A DNA stretch of 64,000 nucleotides from an uncultured Acholeplasma sp. (lineage in GTDB: Bacteria; Bacillota_I; Bacilli_A; Acholeplasmatales; Acholeplasmataceae), in NCBI GenBank assembly GCA_937934685.1, contig CALGYU010000019.1, forward strand, positions 7,373 to 71,372. Reading direction: 5' to 3'. The notes beneath the pieces are model-generated. The model ran no database searches and was not told the DNA's origin. It worked only from the letters and a program-made list of their open reading frames with translations. A program made the translations under genes and the position numbers. Below are positions 1 through 10,490 of the stretch, piece after piece. How positions within the stretch are numbered: the stretch's first letter is position 1; each line of letters opens with the position of its first letter.

Positions 1-2
1 GA

Positions 3-665
3 GAATCTGGTGAAGAAGCAGTGTTCACTACAGGAATTGGAAGAATTCATCCAGATTTAGTTAAATTACTAGGACGATTAAGTTTTAGAACCAGTTATGG
101 ACAAAATGTTTTAAAACACTCAATGGAAGTTGCCTTTTTAGCGGGTAAATTAGCTGCTGAATTAGGAGAAAACGAAATGCTTGCTAGACGCGCAGGTTTA
201 CTACATGATATTGGTAAAGCTGTTGATCATGAAATTGAAGGAAGCCACGTTGAAATTGGTGTAGATATTGTTTCTAGATATAAAGAACCAAAAGAAGTGT
301 TAGATGCTATCGCATCTCACCATGGTGATAAAGAACCAGAATCAATCATCGCGGTTTTAGTAGCAGCAGCAGATGCCTTAAGTGCAGCAAGACCTGGTGC
401 TAGAAGTGAATCGATGGATAACTATATTAAGAGATTAGCGCAGTTAGAAGAAATTTCTACAGAAATTAAAGGTGTTCAAAAAGCCTACGCCATTCAAGCT
501 GGTCGTGAAATTAGAGTTTTAGTTCATCCAGAACAAACAGATGATTTATCTACTTTTGCCATAGCAAGAGAAATCAAAGAAAAAATAGAAGCTACTATGA
601 CCTATCCAGGAACGATAAAAGTAACTGTGATTAGAGAAGTTAGAGCAACCGATGTAGCAAAATAA
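3..665 (+). CDS. rny: Ribonuclease Y, 3' part (5' end outside the window)
   Basis: HD motif GLLHDIGK; [25 protein letters not shown] and [12 protein letters not shown] are RNase Y signatures; frame open from base 3. Confidence 0.97.
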   Translation, partial: ESGEEAVFTTGIGRIHPDLVKLLGRLSFRTSYGQNVLKHSMEVAFLAGKLAAELGENEMLARRAGLLHDIGKAVDHEIEGSHVEIGVDIVSRYKEPKEVLDAIASHHGDKEPESIIAVLVAAADALSAARPGARSESMDNYIKRLAQLEEISTEIKGVQKAYAIQAGREIRVLVHPEQTDDLSTFAIAREIKEKIEATMTYPGTIKVTVIREVRATDVAK

Positions 666-667
666 CG

Positions 668-692
668 AAAGAGGCTTATAGCCTCTTTTTTC
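668..692 (+). terminator. Intrinsic terminator after rny
   Basis: aaagaggc-ttata-gcctcttt hairpin followed by T run. Confidence 0.8.
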
Positions 693-719
693 AAATAAAA
701 AGAAAAGAGATATCCATAT

Positions 720-1484
720 ATGAAAATACTATTTATTGGGGATGTTTACGGACAACCAGGTATAGATTATTTATCAGATAACCTCAAACAATTAAAAAAC
801 CTTTATACACCCAATCTGATTATCGTCAACGGTGAAAATGCATCAAACGGTAGAGGGATAAATAAAAAAATATATAAACACTTTATGTCTTTAGGCATTC
901 ATGTCATTACCATGGGGAATCATACGTGGAAAAATAAAGATATTTATAACTTCATAGATGATTCAAATCTCATTAGACCAATAAATGATCATGAGACTGT
1001 AGGGACAGGTTATAAAATCGTTAAATATAACGACAAAAGAGTTTTAGTAATCAATGCTTTAGGCAGAATTTTCATCGATGAAACTCTTAAATGTCCATTT
1101 AAAGCAGTAGAAGAAATCTTAGAAATCAATCAAGGACAGTATGATTATTCATTACTTGATTTCCACGCTGAGGCAACCAGCGAAAAAATCGCTTTAGCTC
1201 ATCATTTCGATGGTAAGATAGATGTTATTGTAGGCACGCACACACATGTTCAAACCAATGATAACAGACAATTACCTAAAGGCAGTCTAACCATTACCGA
1301 TGTTGGTATGACAGGGGCGCTAAATGGTGTCATAGGTGTTGATAAAGATGTTATCATCGACCGATTCATTAATGGATATAGTTTACCTAATAAAATTGCT
1401 TTAGGAAAAAAACAGTTAAATGGTGTTATAATAGATTTAACCAAGGATAAAAAAAGTATTGAGAAAATACATTTAAGTGAGTGA
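720..1484 (+). CDS. ymdB: YmdB-family metallophosphoesterase
   Basis: ILFIGDV, NGEN, TMGNH, DFHAEATSEK, VGTHTHV, TDVGMTG motifs; directly downstream of rny as in Bacillus. Confidence 0.93.
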   Translation: MKILFIGDVYGQPGIDYLSDNLKQLKNLYTPNLIIVNGENASNGRGINKKIYKHFMSLGIHVITMGNHTWKNKDIYNFIDDSNLIRPINDHETVGTGYKIVKYNDKRVLVINALGRIFIDETLKCPFKAVEEILEINQGQYDYSLLDFHAEATSEKIALAHHFDGKIDVIVGTHTHVQTNDNRQLPKGSLTITDVGMTGALNGVIGVDKDVIIDRFINGYSLPNKIALGKKQLNGVIIDLTKDKKSIEKIHLSE

Positions 1485-1488
1485 TTTT

Positions 1489-1821
1489 ATGAGCGAAAAA
1501 GAAAAATTTATACAAATGCTTCAAAATGATAAAAATCTAGAAGAATATCAGCGATTAGAAACTTTAATCAATGAAAATAAAACCATTAAAAGTACGATGA
1601 TTCAACTTAAAAACATTCAGAAGCAAATGATTAATGCCAATAAAATAGAAAAAACCAATGCGTATTTACAATTGGAGGCAGACTACCAAAAAATGTTATC
1701 CGAAATTACCGAATATCCTTTGATGGAGCAATACCTAGAACTACAAAAATACTTTAATGAAATTTTGAAAGAAACAGCTGAAATTATAGAAAACTCTTTA
1801 AATAATGACAATGAACTATAA
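1489..1821 (+). CDS. YmcA/YlbF (RicA/RicF) family helical protein
   Basis: About 110 aa, all-helical, with EEYQRLE...LQKQ-like...PLMEQYLELQ pattern; occupies the ymcA position between ymdB and mutS; ATG 1489 preferred over GTG 1477. Confidence 0.75.
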   Translation: MSEKEKFIQMLQNDKNLEEYQRLETLINENKTIKSTMIQLKNIQKQMINANKIEKTNAYLQLEADYQKMLSEITEYPLMEQYLELQKYFNEILKETAEIIENSLNNDNEL

Positions 1822-1847
1822 ACTCATGTCAATAGGGATTAAAAAAC

Positions 1848-1876
1848 TTGAAAAAATGATTAAAAAATTATAAGAT
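1848..1876 (+). promoter_or_regulatory. Putative sigma-A promoter
   Basis: TTGAAA-17 bp-TAAGAT upstream of the 1916 ORF. Confidence 0.55.
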
Positions 1877-1915
1877 AAAGTTAATAAAAAGAGAATTAGG
1901 AATGGGGGCTTCAAA

Positions 1916-3706
1916 ATGGCAGTATTTGACAAGAACACGCAATTAACCGTTGGGAACCAAACATATTTTGTAAATGATTTAGCACAAAAATTATCTAATG
2001 TTCCTAGCAAACAAGTAGTAAATGTTTTCAAAGAGGTAGGAATTAATCTTCCAAGAAAAATACGTATGGGTATTTTACGTAGACTTCTACGTCCATATGT
2101 TGAACAAACAAGAAAAGAAAAAGAAAGTATAGCAGATGAATTTAGCTATCGATTATCTCAATTTGAAAGTTTTACTGATTCACAATTAGTGAATTTGCTA
2201 GAAGTTTATAAAGATGATAAGTTAGTGCAAGATTATTACTATAATTTTTGGTTAAATATTTTAACATATTTGGTAGAAAAGGGAATTGCAGATGTTGATT
2301 TTCAAAAATTAATAAACGTTGTTCAAACACATACTACCGATCAATTAGAAGACAGTAAGACATTCAACCAAGAATTTAATGTTATTTTTTATGATGCCCC
2401 AGGTGAAATAGACGGTTTAACACCAGAACAGTTCAGACCAGTAACTTATAAGAGTACAACACTAGGAGAACTAAGAGCTATTGGTGATAAATTTAACGCC
2501 TCAGTTCCTAAGAGACTTAAAAAACAAGAATTATTACAAATTGTATTAAAAGAATTAAGTGATCGCGGTGAACACACAGAAGAATTAGAACAAAGACTAT
2601 CTAAAATGAGTATTCTTCTTTTAGAAAGATATGCTAAAGATAATAGTATCAAAGCTTCTACAGAATTAAGAAAAGAAGAAATCATTGAGTACATCCTATC
2701 TAACGCTAAAGAAACAAAAGAAGCATATTATGTTCCAAGTTCTGCCGCAGTTTATGAAGTAGAACATGAAACAGAAGTTATTGACGAAGAAGTTATTTTA
2801 GATGTTGCATTAGAACCAGTAACTTATAAAGTTCATTATGTTGACTTAAAAGATGTTACAGTGTTAGAAAATGAATTGCTTAAAAAACCAGAAGATCCAA
2901 TCAAAGAAGGTTATATTTTTGACGGTTGGTACAAAGATGAAGCGCTAGAAGAATTATGGAACTTCAGTCATGATACAGTGATAGAAGAAATAACACTTTA
3001 TCCAAAATGGAAAGAAGTAACAGCTGAAAGTTACAACGTGTATTTCTTAGTAAACGGTGAATTATATAAAGAATACATCGTCACCAAACATGGTCATATC
3101 AAAAATCCAGAAGTTATCTTAGGCGAAAAAGAAGTCTTTGATGGCTGGTATAAAGAAGCAGACCTAGTGAACAAGTGGAATTTTAAAGAAGACGTCATCT
3201 TAGAAGAAACTACTTTATATGGAAAAGTTACGTTAGAAGTTGCTGAAAACATCGTTGAACCTAAAGTTGTTACAACAACTTTAAACCTAGATGCTTTAGT
3301 TCAAGAAATTAGAGAATTAAAAGAAGTTATCGCGAATAAAGATTTTGGGACAACACAAAAATCAACCTTAAATCAAGTCGCATTAAAACTATTAACTGAA
3401 GATGATGACAATCTTTCAGAAGACTTAACTTTGAAAGAAGAAAAAGCAGCTAAAGTTGTATCACCTAAAGTTAAAAAGAAAAATCCAATTGTTAAATTCT
3501 TCAAAGGATTATTCGCAACAATCCTTACACTTATTATTTTTGCATTAGGATTGTTACTGTTTGTAGGTATTTATGCTGGATTTGATCCAAATAATGCAGT
3601 CATTAATGATATCATCCGAGTATTTGACCATATTAAAATAGGTGGTATCGGAATTGCTACACACATCCATTGGTTCACTACTTGGCTTACAAACTTATTT
3701 AAGTAA
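1916..3706 (+). CDS. Membrane-anchored protein with HeH (Rho-N/SAP-like) repeats and two InlB B-repeats (Listeria-Bacteroides repeats)
   Basis: Two FDGWYK...WNF..D.V....TLY.K repeats; N-terminal helix-extension-helix-like motifs; C-terminal hydrophobic helix after KVKKKNP. Confidence 0.8.
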   Translation: MAVFDKNTQLTVGNQTYFVNDLAQKLSNVPSKQVVNVFKEVGINLPRKIRMGILRRLLRPYVEQTRKEKESIADEFSYRLSQFESFTDSQLVNLLEVYKDDKLVQDYYYNFWLNILTYLVEKGIADVDFQKLINVVQTHTTDQLEDSKTFNQEFNVIFYDAPGEIDGLTPEQFRPVTYKSTTLGELRAIGDKFNASVPKRLKKQELLQIVLKELSDRGEHTEELEQRLSKMSILLLERYAKDNSIKASTELRKEEIIEYILSNAKETKEAYYVPSSAAVYEVEHETEVIDEEVILDVALEPVTYKVHYVDLKDVTVLENELLKKPEDPIKEGYIFDGWYKDEALEELWNFSHDTVIEEITLYPKWKEVTAESYNVYFLVNGELYKEYIVTKHGHIKNPEVILGEKEVFDGWYKEADLVNKWNFKEDVILEETTLYGKVTLEVAENIVEPKVVTTTLNLDALVQEIRELKEVIANKDFGTTQKSTLNQVALKLLTEDDDNLSEDLTLKEEKAAKVVSPKVKKKNPIVKFFKGLFATILTLIIFALGLLLFVGIYAGFDPNNAVINDIIRVFDHIKIGGIGIATHIHWFTTWLTNLFK

Positions 3707-3731
3707 AAAAATAGATATGGGGCGTTAAAAA

Positions 3732-6257
3732 ATGCCAAAGCATAAAGAATTTACACCTATGATTCAACAATACTTAAAGATTAAAGAAGACTATGCAGAT
3801 GCAATAGTCTTTTTTAGGCTTGGGGATTTCTACGAAATGTTTTTTGATGATGCCATTTTAGCTTCTAAAACGCTTGAAATAGTTTTAACCGCAAGAGATG
3901 GAGGACAAAAAATACCGATGTGTGGTGTCCCACACCACTCCGCCTCAATCTATATTCAGAGATTAGTTGAAAAAGGCTTTAAAATAGCTATTGCAGAACA
4001 GGTAAGTGAACCCGGCAATGGCTTAGTAGAAAGAAAAGTAACAAAACTCATCACACCAGGAATGATTATTGAAGATGGTATGTTAGATGAAAAGAAAAAT
4101 AACTTCATTGCAACACTTGCCTTAAAAGAACATGGATACATGATTCCTTATTTTGACATCTCAACAGGTGAGGCGTATTTAATAGATGCTTTAACTAAAA
4201 AAGAAGCACTAGATACCATCATTAGTTTAAGAATCAAGGAAATTGTGTTAGAAAAAATATATGATAAAGAAATTGAAGATTTTATTAAAGAAAATAATTT
4301 ATCATTATCCTTTTATACCGCAAAAGATGATATCATCGAACAAAGTTTATTAAAAAACTTAAGCCACATTGAACAAAAACGTGTTGCAAGTTATTTACTA
4401 CAATATTTATCAGAAACACAACATCAACCATTAAAACACTTTATGCCATTTGAAGTGGTACGAAAAAACGCTCAAATGCATATGGACTATAAAGTACAAA
4501 AACATTTAGAAATTAGTGAATCTAATACCAATAACCCTAAAACAACCCTTTTATATTGGCTTGATCAAACTCAAACTGCCATGGGGTCAAGAAAATTAAA
4601 ATATTGGTTAAATCATCCGTTGGTAGAAGTTAATGAAATCAATGAAAGATTAGACCACATAGAAGGGTTTAAAGCCTATGGGGCCAGATCAGAACTAAAA
4701 GAAATTTTAAAATATATATACGATATTAACCGCATCGTTGGAAGAATTTCTTTTAACAACGCTAATGCCAAAGATTTAGCTCAACTAAAACAAACGCTTG
4801 CCTTAGTTCCTAAATTAAAAGAAATTTTATTTAAATATGAATCGATTAAAATCAAAGACTTAGCTCAACGAATTAACAACCATGAGTCTTTACATGAGTT
4901 ATTAGAAAAAAGCATTGTTGATCAACCACCTTTAACCATTAAAGAAGGTAATATGATCAAAGATGGTTTTAATGAAAAACTAGATGAACTCAGAGAGGTC
5001 AGTCTTAACGGTAGTGCATGGTTAGATGATTTTGAAAAACAAGAAAGAGAAAGAACAGGAATTAGAAACCTACGTATAGGTTATAATCGTGTCTTTGGTT
5101 ATTTCATAGAAATTTCAAAAGGAAATCTAGATTTAGTTAAAGATGAATTTGGTTATATAAGAAAACAAACACTTGCAAACAGTGAACGATTTATCGCAGA
5201 GCCATTAAAAGAAAAAGAAGATATATTATTACACGCTAAAGAACGCTCTATTAACTTAGAATATGAAATATTTACTCAAATCAGAGAAGTCGTTTCTGAG
5301 TATATTACATCTTTACAAGAATTAGCTTCTTTAATCGCAACCATAGATGTCTATTTATCTATGGCCATCGTATCTGATGAATATCGATATGTTAGACCTG
5401 TTTTTACTCAAGAGAAAACAGTCTTTATTCAAGAAGGTAGACATCCAGTCGTAGAAAGATATGTTGATTTTATTGCTAATGATGTCATGATGAAAGAAAA
5501 TGAAATATTTTTAATTACAGGCCCTAATATGAGTGGTAAATCCACTTATATGAGAATGTATGCCTTAATTGTCTATATGGCTCAAATCGGTTCCTTTGTG
5601 CCCGCAAAAGTTGCAGAACTTCCTATTTACGATGCTATTTACACCAGAATAGGATCATCTGATGATATTGCTGGTGGTAAATCAACATTCATGGTTGAAA
5701 TGGTAGAAAGTAATGAAGCACTCATTCACGCAACGAAAGATAGTTTAATTTTATTTGACGAAATTGGTCGTGGAACAGCAACCTATGATGGTATGGCTTT
5801 AGCTCAAGGAATGATTGAATATATTCATGATAAAATAAAAGCTCAAACCTTTTTTTCAACACACTATCATGAATTAACGTTATTAGAAAAACAGTTAGAA
5901 AACTTATCTAATTATCATGTAAGTGCCAAAGAAGAAAACGATAAAATGATTTTCCTACACAAAGTAAAAAAAGGTGCTTCAGATAAATCATACGGAATTC
6001 AAGTAGCTAAATTAGCTCATTTACCACAAGAGGTCATTAAAAGAAGTCAAGTTATTTTAAAAGAACTTGAAAAAAATAAAGTTGAATTAAAACCCGACTT
6101 ATTTAATTATCAAGAAAATCAAACAACTGAAACAATTGAAAACCGCAGTCAAAACCAAGAAGTGATTGAAAATATTTTACAATTAAACATTGATCAAATG
6201 ACACCACTTGAAGCAATGTTAGAATTAAAACACATACAAGAAAAAATTAAAAAGTAA
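3732..6257 (+). CDS. mutS: DNA mismatch repair protein MutS
   Basis: TPMIQQY, FFRLGDFYEMF, ITGPNMSGKST, DEIGRGT, STHYHEL. Confidence 0.98.
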   Translation: MPKHKEFTPMIQQYLKIKEDYADAIVFFRLGDFYEMFFDDAILASKTLEIVLTARDGGQKIPMCGVPHHSASIYIQRLVEKGFKIAIAEQVSEPGNGLVERKVTKLITPGMIIEDGMLDEKKNNFIATLALKEHGYMIPYFDISTGEAYLIDALTKKEALDTIISLRIKEIVLEKIYDKEIEDFIKENNLSLSFYTAKDDIIEQSLLKNLSHIEQKRVASYLLQYLSETQHQPLKHFMPFEVVRKNAQMHMDYKVQKHLEISESNTNNPKTTLLYWLDQTQTAMGSRKLKYWLNHPLVEVNEINERLDHIEGFKAYGARSELKEILKYIYDINRIVGRISFNNANAKDLAQLKQTLALVPKLKEILFKYESIKIKDLAQRINNHESLHELLEKSIVDQPPLTIKEGNMIKDGFNEKLDELREVSLNGSAWLDDFEKQERERTGIRNLRIGYNRVFGYFIEISKGNLDLVKDEFGYIRKQTLANSERFIAEPLKEKEDILLHAKERSINLEYEIFTQIREVVSEYITSLQELASLIATIDVYLSMAIVSDEYRYVRPVFTQEKTVFIQEGRHPVVERYVDFIANDVMMKENEIFLITGPNMSGKSTYMRMYALIVYMAQIGSFVPAKVAELPIYDAIYTRIGSSDDIAGGKSTFMVEMVESNEALIHATKDSLILFDEIGRGTATYDGMALAQGMIEYIHDKIKAQTFFSTHYHELTLLEKQLENLSNYHVSAKEENDKMIFLHKVKKGASDKSYGIQVAKLAHLPQEVIKRSQVILKELEKNKVELKPDLFNYQENQTTETIENRSQNQEVIENILQLNIDQMTPLEAMLELKHIQEKIKK

Positions 6258-6269
6258 GGATGTGAAATC

Positions 6270-8024
6270 ATGCCCAAAATAAATATTATGGATGCTGCTT
6301 TATCCAATATGATTGCAGCAGGGGAAGTGGTTGAGCGTCCTGCTTCTGTTATTAAGGAGTTGGTTGAAAACTCCTTAGATGCGGATGCTACACAAATTAT
6401 CATTGAAATTAAAAATATGGGATTAGATCTTATTAAAATCACTGATAATGGAACAGGTATGTCAAAAGAAGATGCTAAATTAGCCTTCTTAAGACACGCC
6501 ACAAGTAAAATTAGTAGTCAATATGATTTAAACCATATCAAATCACTAGGGTTTAGAGGCGAAGCGTTACCTTCTATTGCCTCAGTTTCAAAAGTAAAAC
6601 TAGAAACTAAAACTAAAGATCAAGATGGTTATTTTGTCATGTTTGAAGGTAGTCAGTTAATAGATGAAGGTTTGGCTGCTCTTAATCAAGGAACAATTAT
6701 TACAGTAACCGATTTGTTTTATAATACTCCAGCAAGATTTAAGTATTTAAAGTCTGAAATTGCTGAAAAAAATGCCATCATTGAGTTTTTTGATAAACTG
6801 GCTTTATCTTACCCAAGTGTTCAATTTATCTTAAAAATAGATGATAAAGAAATGAAAAGAACTCTAGGGAATAATGATGTCTTAAGTGTTATGGAAATTA
6901 TTTATGGTAAACAAGTCACTCAAAATCACTATGAATTTGAATTTGAATATCAAAAAAATAAAATCAAAGGTTATCTAATCAATCCTATTCATACCAGATC
7001 AAGAAAAAAAGACATTAATTTATTCATCAATAATCGCTATGTTAAAAACTATTTATTAACTCAAGCAGTCATCGAAGGGTATCATAGTTTTTTAATGACA
7101 AATAAATATCCAATCGCCTCTATTTATATTACAATTGATCCAAGTTTAATCGATGTGAATGTACATCCTCAAAAAATGGAAATTAAATTAGTTAATGAGC
7201 AAGTTTTAAAATATCAAATTGAAGAAAAAATCAAAGAAACACTAAGAGCCAAACCACTTGAGGTTACGCCTTTATTAAAAGTAGAAAAGCCGGCTAAAGA
7301 AACATATTCTTATTCAGAAACTACCATCTTAAAAGAAGAAACCAGTTTCTTTGATCAACCCTTATTTGAGTTTGCACCTAAGATAGAAGAAAATAAACCT
7401 TTAATCCTTCAAGAAGAAAAGGTCTTAATTGAAAAGTTAGAGCAACAAGAAAATAATAAGTTGCCTCATTTTGAATACATAGGTACCTTTAGTGGAACCT
7501 ATCTACTTTTCCAAAACCAAGATGGCTTATACTTAATGGATCAACACGCTGCCGCAGAAAGAATTAAGTATGAATATTATTTTGAAAAATTAAGTCATAT
7601 TAAAACGGAGTTAAAACAATATTTAATTAAAAGAGAAATCCAACTACCATCTAATGATATTGAAAAAATAAAAACCTATCAAAATGAATTTTTAAAACAA
7701 GGGTTTGTTTTTGAAGAAGATAAATTAAAATTTGTTCCTACATGGGTTAAAGATGAAGATATTGAAGACATCATAGAAAGATTTTTAATCTTACTTGAAG
7801 AAAACGGCTCCATTGAAATCATTAAAATAAGAGATGATTTAGCTAAAGATTTAAGTTGTAAAAGTGCTATAAAAGCCAATCACCAACTCAATCGCTATGA
7901 AATCAGTCAACTCCTTAAAGATTTAAATCAAACACAAAATCCATATACATGTCCACACGGAAGACCTGTATGGATTCAATTGACACATCATGAAATAGAA
8001 AAATTATTTAAGAGGATTGTATGA
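6270..8024 (+). CDS. mutL: DNA mismatch repair endonuclease MutL
   Basis: IAAGEVVERPASV, GFRGEAL, endonuclease motifs DQHAAAERI and CPHGRP. Confidence 0.98.
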   Translation: MPKINIMDAALSNMIAAGEVVERPASVIKELVENSLDADATQIIIEIKNMGLDLIKITDNGTGMSKEDAKLAFLRHATSKISSQYDLNHIKSLGFRGEALPSIASVSKVKLETKTKDQDGYFVMFEGSQLIDEGLAALNQGTIITVTDLFYNTPARFKYLKSEIAEKNAIIEFFDKLALSYPSVQFILKIDDKEMKRTLGNNDVLSVMEIIYGKQVTQNHYEFEFEYQKNKIKGYLINPIHTRSRKKDINLFINNRYVKNYLLTQAVIEGYHSFLMTNKYPIASIYITIDPSLIDVNVHPQKMEIKLVNEQVLKYQIEEKIKETLRAKPLEVTPLLKVEKPAKETYSYSETTILKEETSFFDQPLFEFAPKIEENKPLILQEEKVLIEKLEQQENNKLPHFEYIGTFSGTYLLFQNQDGLYLMDQHAAAERIKYEYYFEKLSHIKTELKQYLIKREIQLPSNDIEKIKTYQNEFLKQGFVFEEDKLKFVPTWVKDEDIEDIIERFLILLEENGSIEIIKIRDDLAKDLSCKSAIKANHQLNRYEISQLLKDLNQTQNPYTCPHGRPVWIQLTHHEIEKLFKRIV

Positions 8025-8878
8025 AAAAAGTTATTGTCATTACAGGGCCAACTGCATCTGGAAAAACCAGTTTATCCATTAAAATAGCTAAGCATTTTAA
8101 CTTAGAAATCATTAATGGAGATTCTGTACAAATCTATAAAGAATACAACATTGGGTCTGCAAAAATAACTAAAGAAGAAATGGAAGGCGTTTCTCATCAC
8201 CTACTAGATATTAAAGAGCCTGGGGAACCTTTTTCTATTTTTGATTATCAAAAAGAGGTTAGAAAAAAAATAGAAACCTTAAAAACCCCTATAATTGTTG
8301 GGGGCAGTGGTTTATATATTCAATCGGCTTTATATGATTATCAATTGCATGAAACACAAACACAAAAACTACCAAGTATTGAACAAATGAAAGAAGCATT
8401 AGAAAAACTTGATCCTAAGCTAAATACGCAAGCATTATCTGAAACAAAGATCATCAATGCGTATCAATCGGCTTTAGCAGGACAAAAACGTTCAGAGAAA
8501 ACAAACAGCAAAATCCCTATTTATGATTTATGCATTCTTTATTTAGATATTGATAGAGATATTTTAAAAAAACGTGTAGAAACTAGACTAGATCAAATGC
8601 TAGAAAAAGATTTTTTAGACGAAGTTAAAAAAATCAAACAAATACCAAATGCTAACTTAAATATTATTGGATATCGCCAATTAAGTGATTATTTAGATTA
8701 TAAAACAGACTTAAAAACCGCAAAACAACTTATTGTCACAAAGACTATGCAATTTGCAAAAAGACAAAAAACGTGGGTAAAAAATCAAATGCAAGCTCAT
8801 TTCCTAAATGCACTAGATACCGATTTAGAAAAACAAGCCATTGACTTAATTACCAACTTTTTAAAGGAGTCATCATGA
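8021..8878 (+). CDS. miaA: tRNA dimethylallyltransferase
   Basis: GPTASGKT, DSVQIYK, IGSAK, VGGSGLY, FAKRQKTW; follows mutL. Confidence 0.95.
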   Translation: MKKVIVITGPTASGKTSLSIKIAKHFNLEIINGDSVQIYKEYNIGSAKITKEEMEGVSHHLLDIKEPGEPFSIFDYQKEVRKKIETLKTPIIVGGSGLYIQSALYDYQLHETQTQKLPSIEQMKEALEKLDPKLNTQALSETKIINAYQSALAGQKRSEKTNSKIPIYDLCILYLDIDRDILKKRVETRLDQMLEKDFLDEVKKIKQIPNANLNIIGYRQLSDYLDYKTDLKTAKQLIVTKTMQFAKRQKTWVKNQMQAHFLNALDTDLEKQAIDLITNFLKESS

Positions 8879-9372
8879 GAATATATATCATTGGCATGCC
8901 AGGGTCAGGAAAAACAACCATCAGTCAATTACTTTCTAAAAAACTTAACTATGATTATCATGATTTAGATAGCGAAATAGAAAAAAACAGTTTGATGTTT
9001 ATCGATCAAATATTTAGTCAATATGGAGAAGAAACATTCAGAAGACTAGAAACAGAAGCTTTAGAAAAAACTAAAAATCTTAAACAAACAGTCATTTCTT
9101 GCGGTGGTGGAATTGTAACCATAAAAGAAAATAAAAAACATATGAAAAATGGATATGTGATTTATATAGACACTGATTTAGAGATTATAAAAAAACGATT
9201 AGCAGAAGACCAAAGTAGACCATTGTTAAAAACAAATACGTTAGAAGATATTTATCAAAAAAGATTTTTTAAATATAGAGACTTTGCTCATTGGATTGTT
9301 TCAAATAACGAAGAAATCGAAGAAACAACTAATCAGATCATCAAACATTTAAAAGAAGGTGATTTATTATGA
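8875..9372 (+). CDS. aroK: Shikimate kinase
   Basis: GMPGSGKTT, GEETFRRLE, SCGGG, RPLL. Confidence 0.93.
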   Translation: MRIYIIGMPGSGKTTISQLLSKKLNYDYHDLDSEIEKNSLMFIDQIFSQYGEETFRRLETEALEKTKNLKQTVISCGGGIVTIKENKKHMKNGYVIYIDTDLEIIKKRLAEDQSRPLLKTNTLEDIYQKRFFKYRDFAHWIVSNNEEIEETTNQIIKHLKEGDLL

Positions 9373-9794
9373 AAATATTATCCATTAGTGGACCTAACCT
9401 AAATTTACTAGGAAAAAGAGAAGAAAAGCATTATGGTAAAATGACTTTAGAAGAGTTAAATACTTTACTAGAAAAGCAATTCCCTGAAGTCGAATTCACC
9501 TTTTTTCAAAGCAATCACGAAGGTTTAATCATCGATATCATTCAAACATATAACAATTATGATGCCATCATGATTAACCCAGCTGCATATACTCATACCT
9601 CTATTGGTATTAGAGATGCACTTGATATAGCTACTATTCCAAAAGTAGAAATCCATCTAAGTGATATTACCAACAGAGAATCATTTAGAAAAATTAATTA
9701 CATCAAAGATGTGGTAGATCATAGTTTTTATGGTGAAAAAGAAGAAAGTTATTTTAAGGCTGTTCGTTTTTTATTGTCAAAACTTAAGAAGTAA
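9369..9794 (+). CDS. aroQ: Type II 3-dehydroquinate dehydratase
   Basis: GPNLNLLGKRE..HYG, QSNHEG, INPAAYTHTS, EIHLS. Confidence 0.95.
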   Translation: MKILSISGPNLNLLGKREEKHYGKMTLEELNTLLEKQFPEVEFTFFQSNHEGLIIDIIQTYNNYDAIMINPAAYTHTSIGIRDALDIATIPKVEIHLSDITNRESFRKINYIKDVVDHSFYGEKEESYFKAVRFLLSKLKK

Positions 9795-9834
9795 AGTATA
9801 ATAATAATGATTTTAAAATAAAAGGAGTAAAAAA

Positions 9835-10398
9835 ATGATCAGTGTAAATGATTTTAAAACAGGACAGACTATTCAGTTTGATGGAAATATTTTCCAAGTC
9901 ATAGAATTTCTACATGTTAAACCAGGAAAAGGTTCAGCATTTGTTAGAAGCAAACTACGTAACTTAAGAACAGGAAGCGTAATTGACCACACATTTAACG
10001 CAGGAACCAAAGTAGAAAAAGCGCAAATCGATAAAACCCCGATGCAATATTTATATGCAGCAGGAGATCAATATGTTTTTATGAATACTGAAACATATGA
10101 ACAAATTGAATTATCCTACAAACAAATTGAAGAAGAATTAAAATACATGTATGAAGGATTAACTGTCGAAATCATGTTTTTTAACAACTCAGAAGTTCTT
10201 GGTGTTTCACTTCCAGAAAAATTAGCTCTAACAGTTATAGAAACCGTTCCAGGAGTTAAGGGAGACACAAAAACCAACGCAATGAAGGATGCAACCTTAG
10301 AAACAGGTACCGTTATTAAAGTACCATTATTCATCTCTGAAGGTGAGAAAATCATTGTCAACACAGTTGAAGGAACTTACGTATCAAGAGAAAAATAA
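9835..10398 (+). CDS. efp: Elongation factor P
   Basis: [22 protein letters not shown]...VPLFI. Confidence 0.98.
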   Translation: MISVNDFKTGQTIQFDGNIFQVIEFLHVKPGKGSAFVRSKLRNLRTGSVIDHTFNAGTKVEKAQIDKTPMQYLYAAGDQYVFMNTETYEQIELSYKQIEEELKYMYEGLTVEIMFFNNSEVLGVSLPEKLALTVIETVPGVKGDTKTNAMKDATLETGTVIKVPLFISEGEKIIVNTVEGTYVSREK

Positions 10399-10411
10399 TA
10401 AGAAAAAGATA

Positions 10412-10443
10412 ATAAAAGCCTAAAAATAGGTTTTTATTTTTTT
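10412..10443 (+). terminator. Intrinsic terminator after efp
   Basis: ataaaagccta-aaaa-taggtttttat hairpin followed by T run. Confidence 0.65.
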
Positions 10444-10490
10444 GTAACAAATTGAGTCTTAAAATATGCTATAATATTAACGGTGATATA

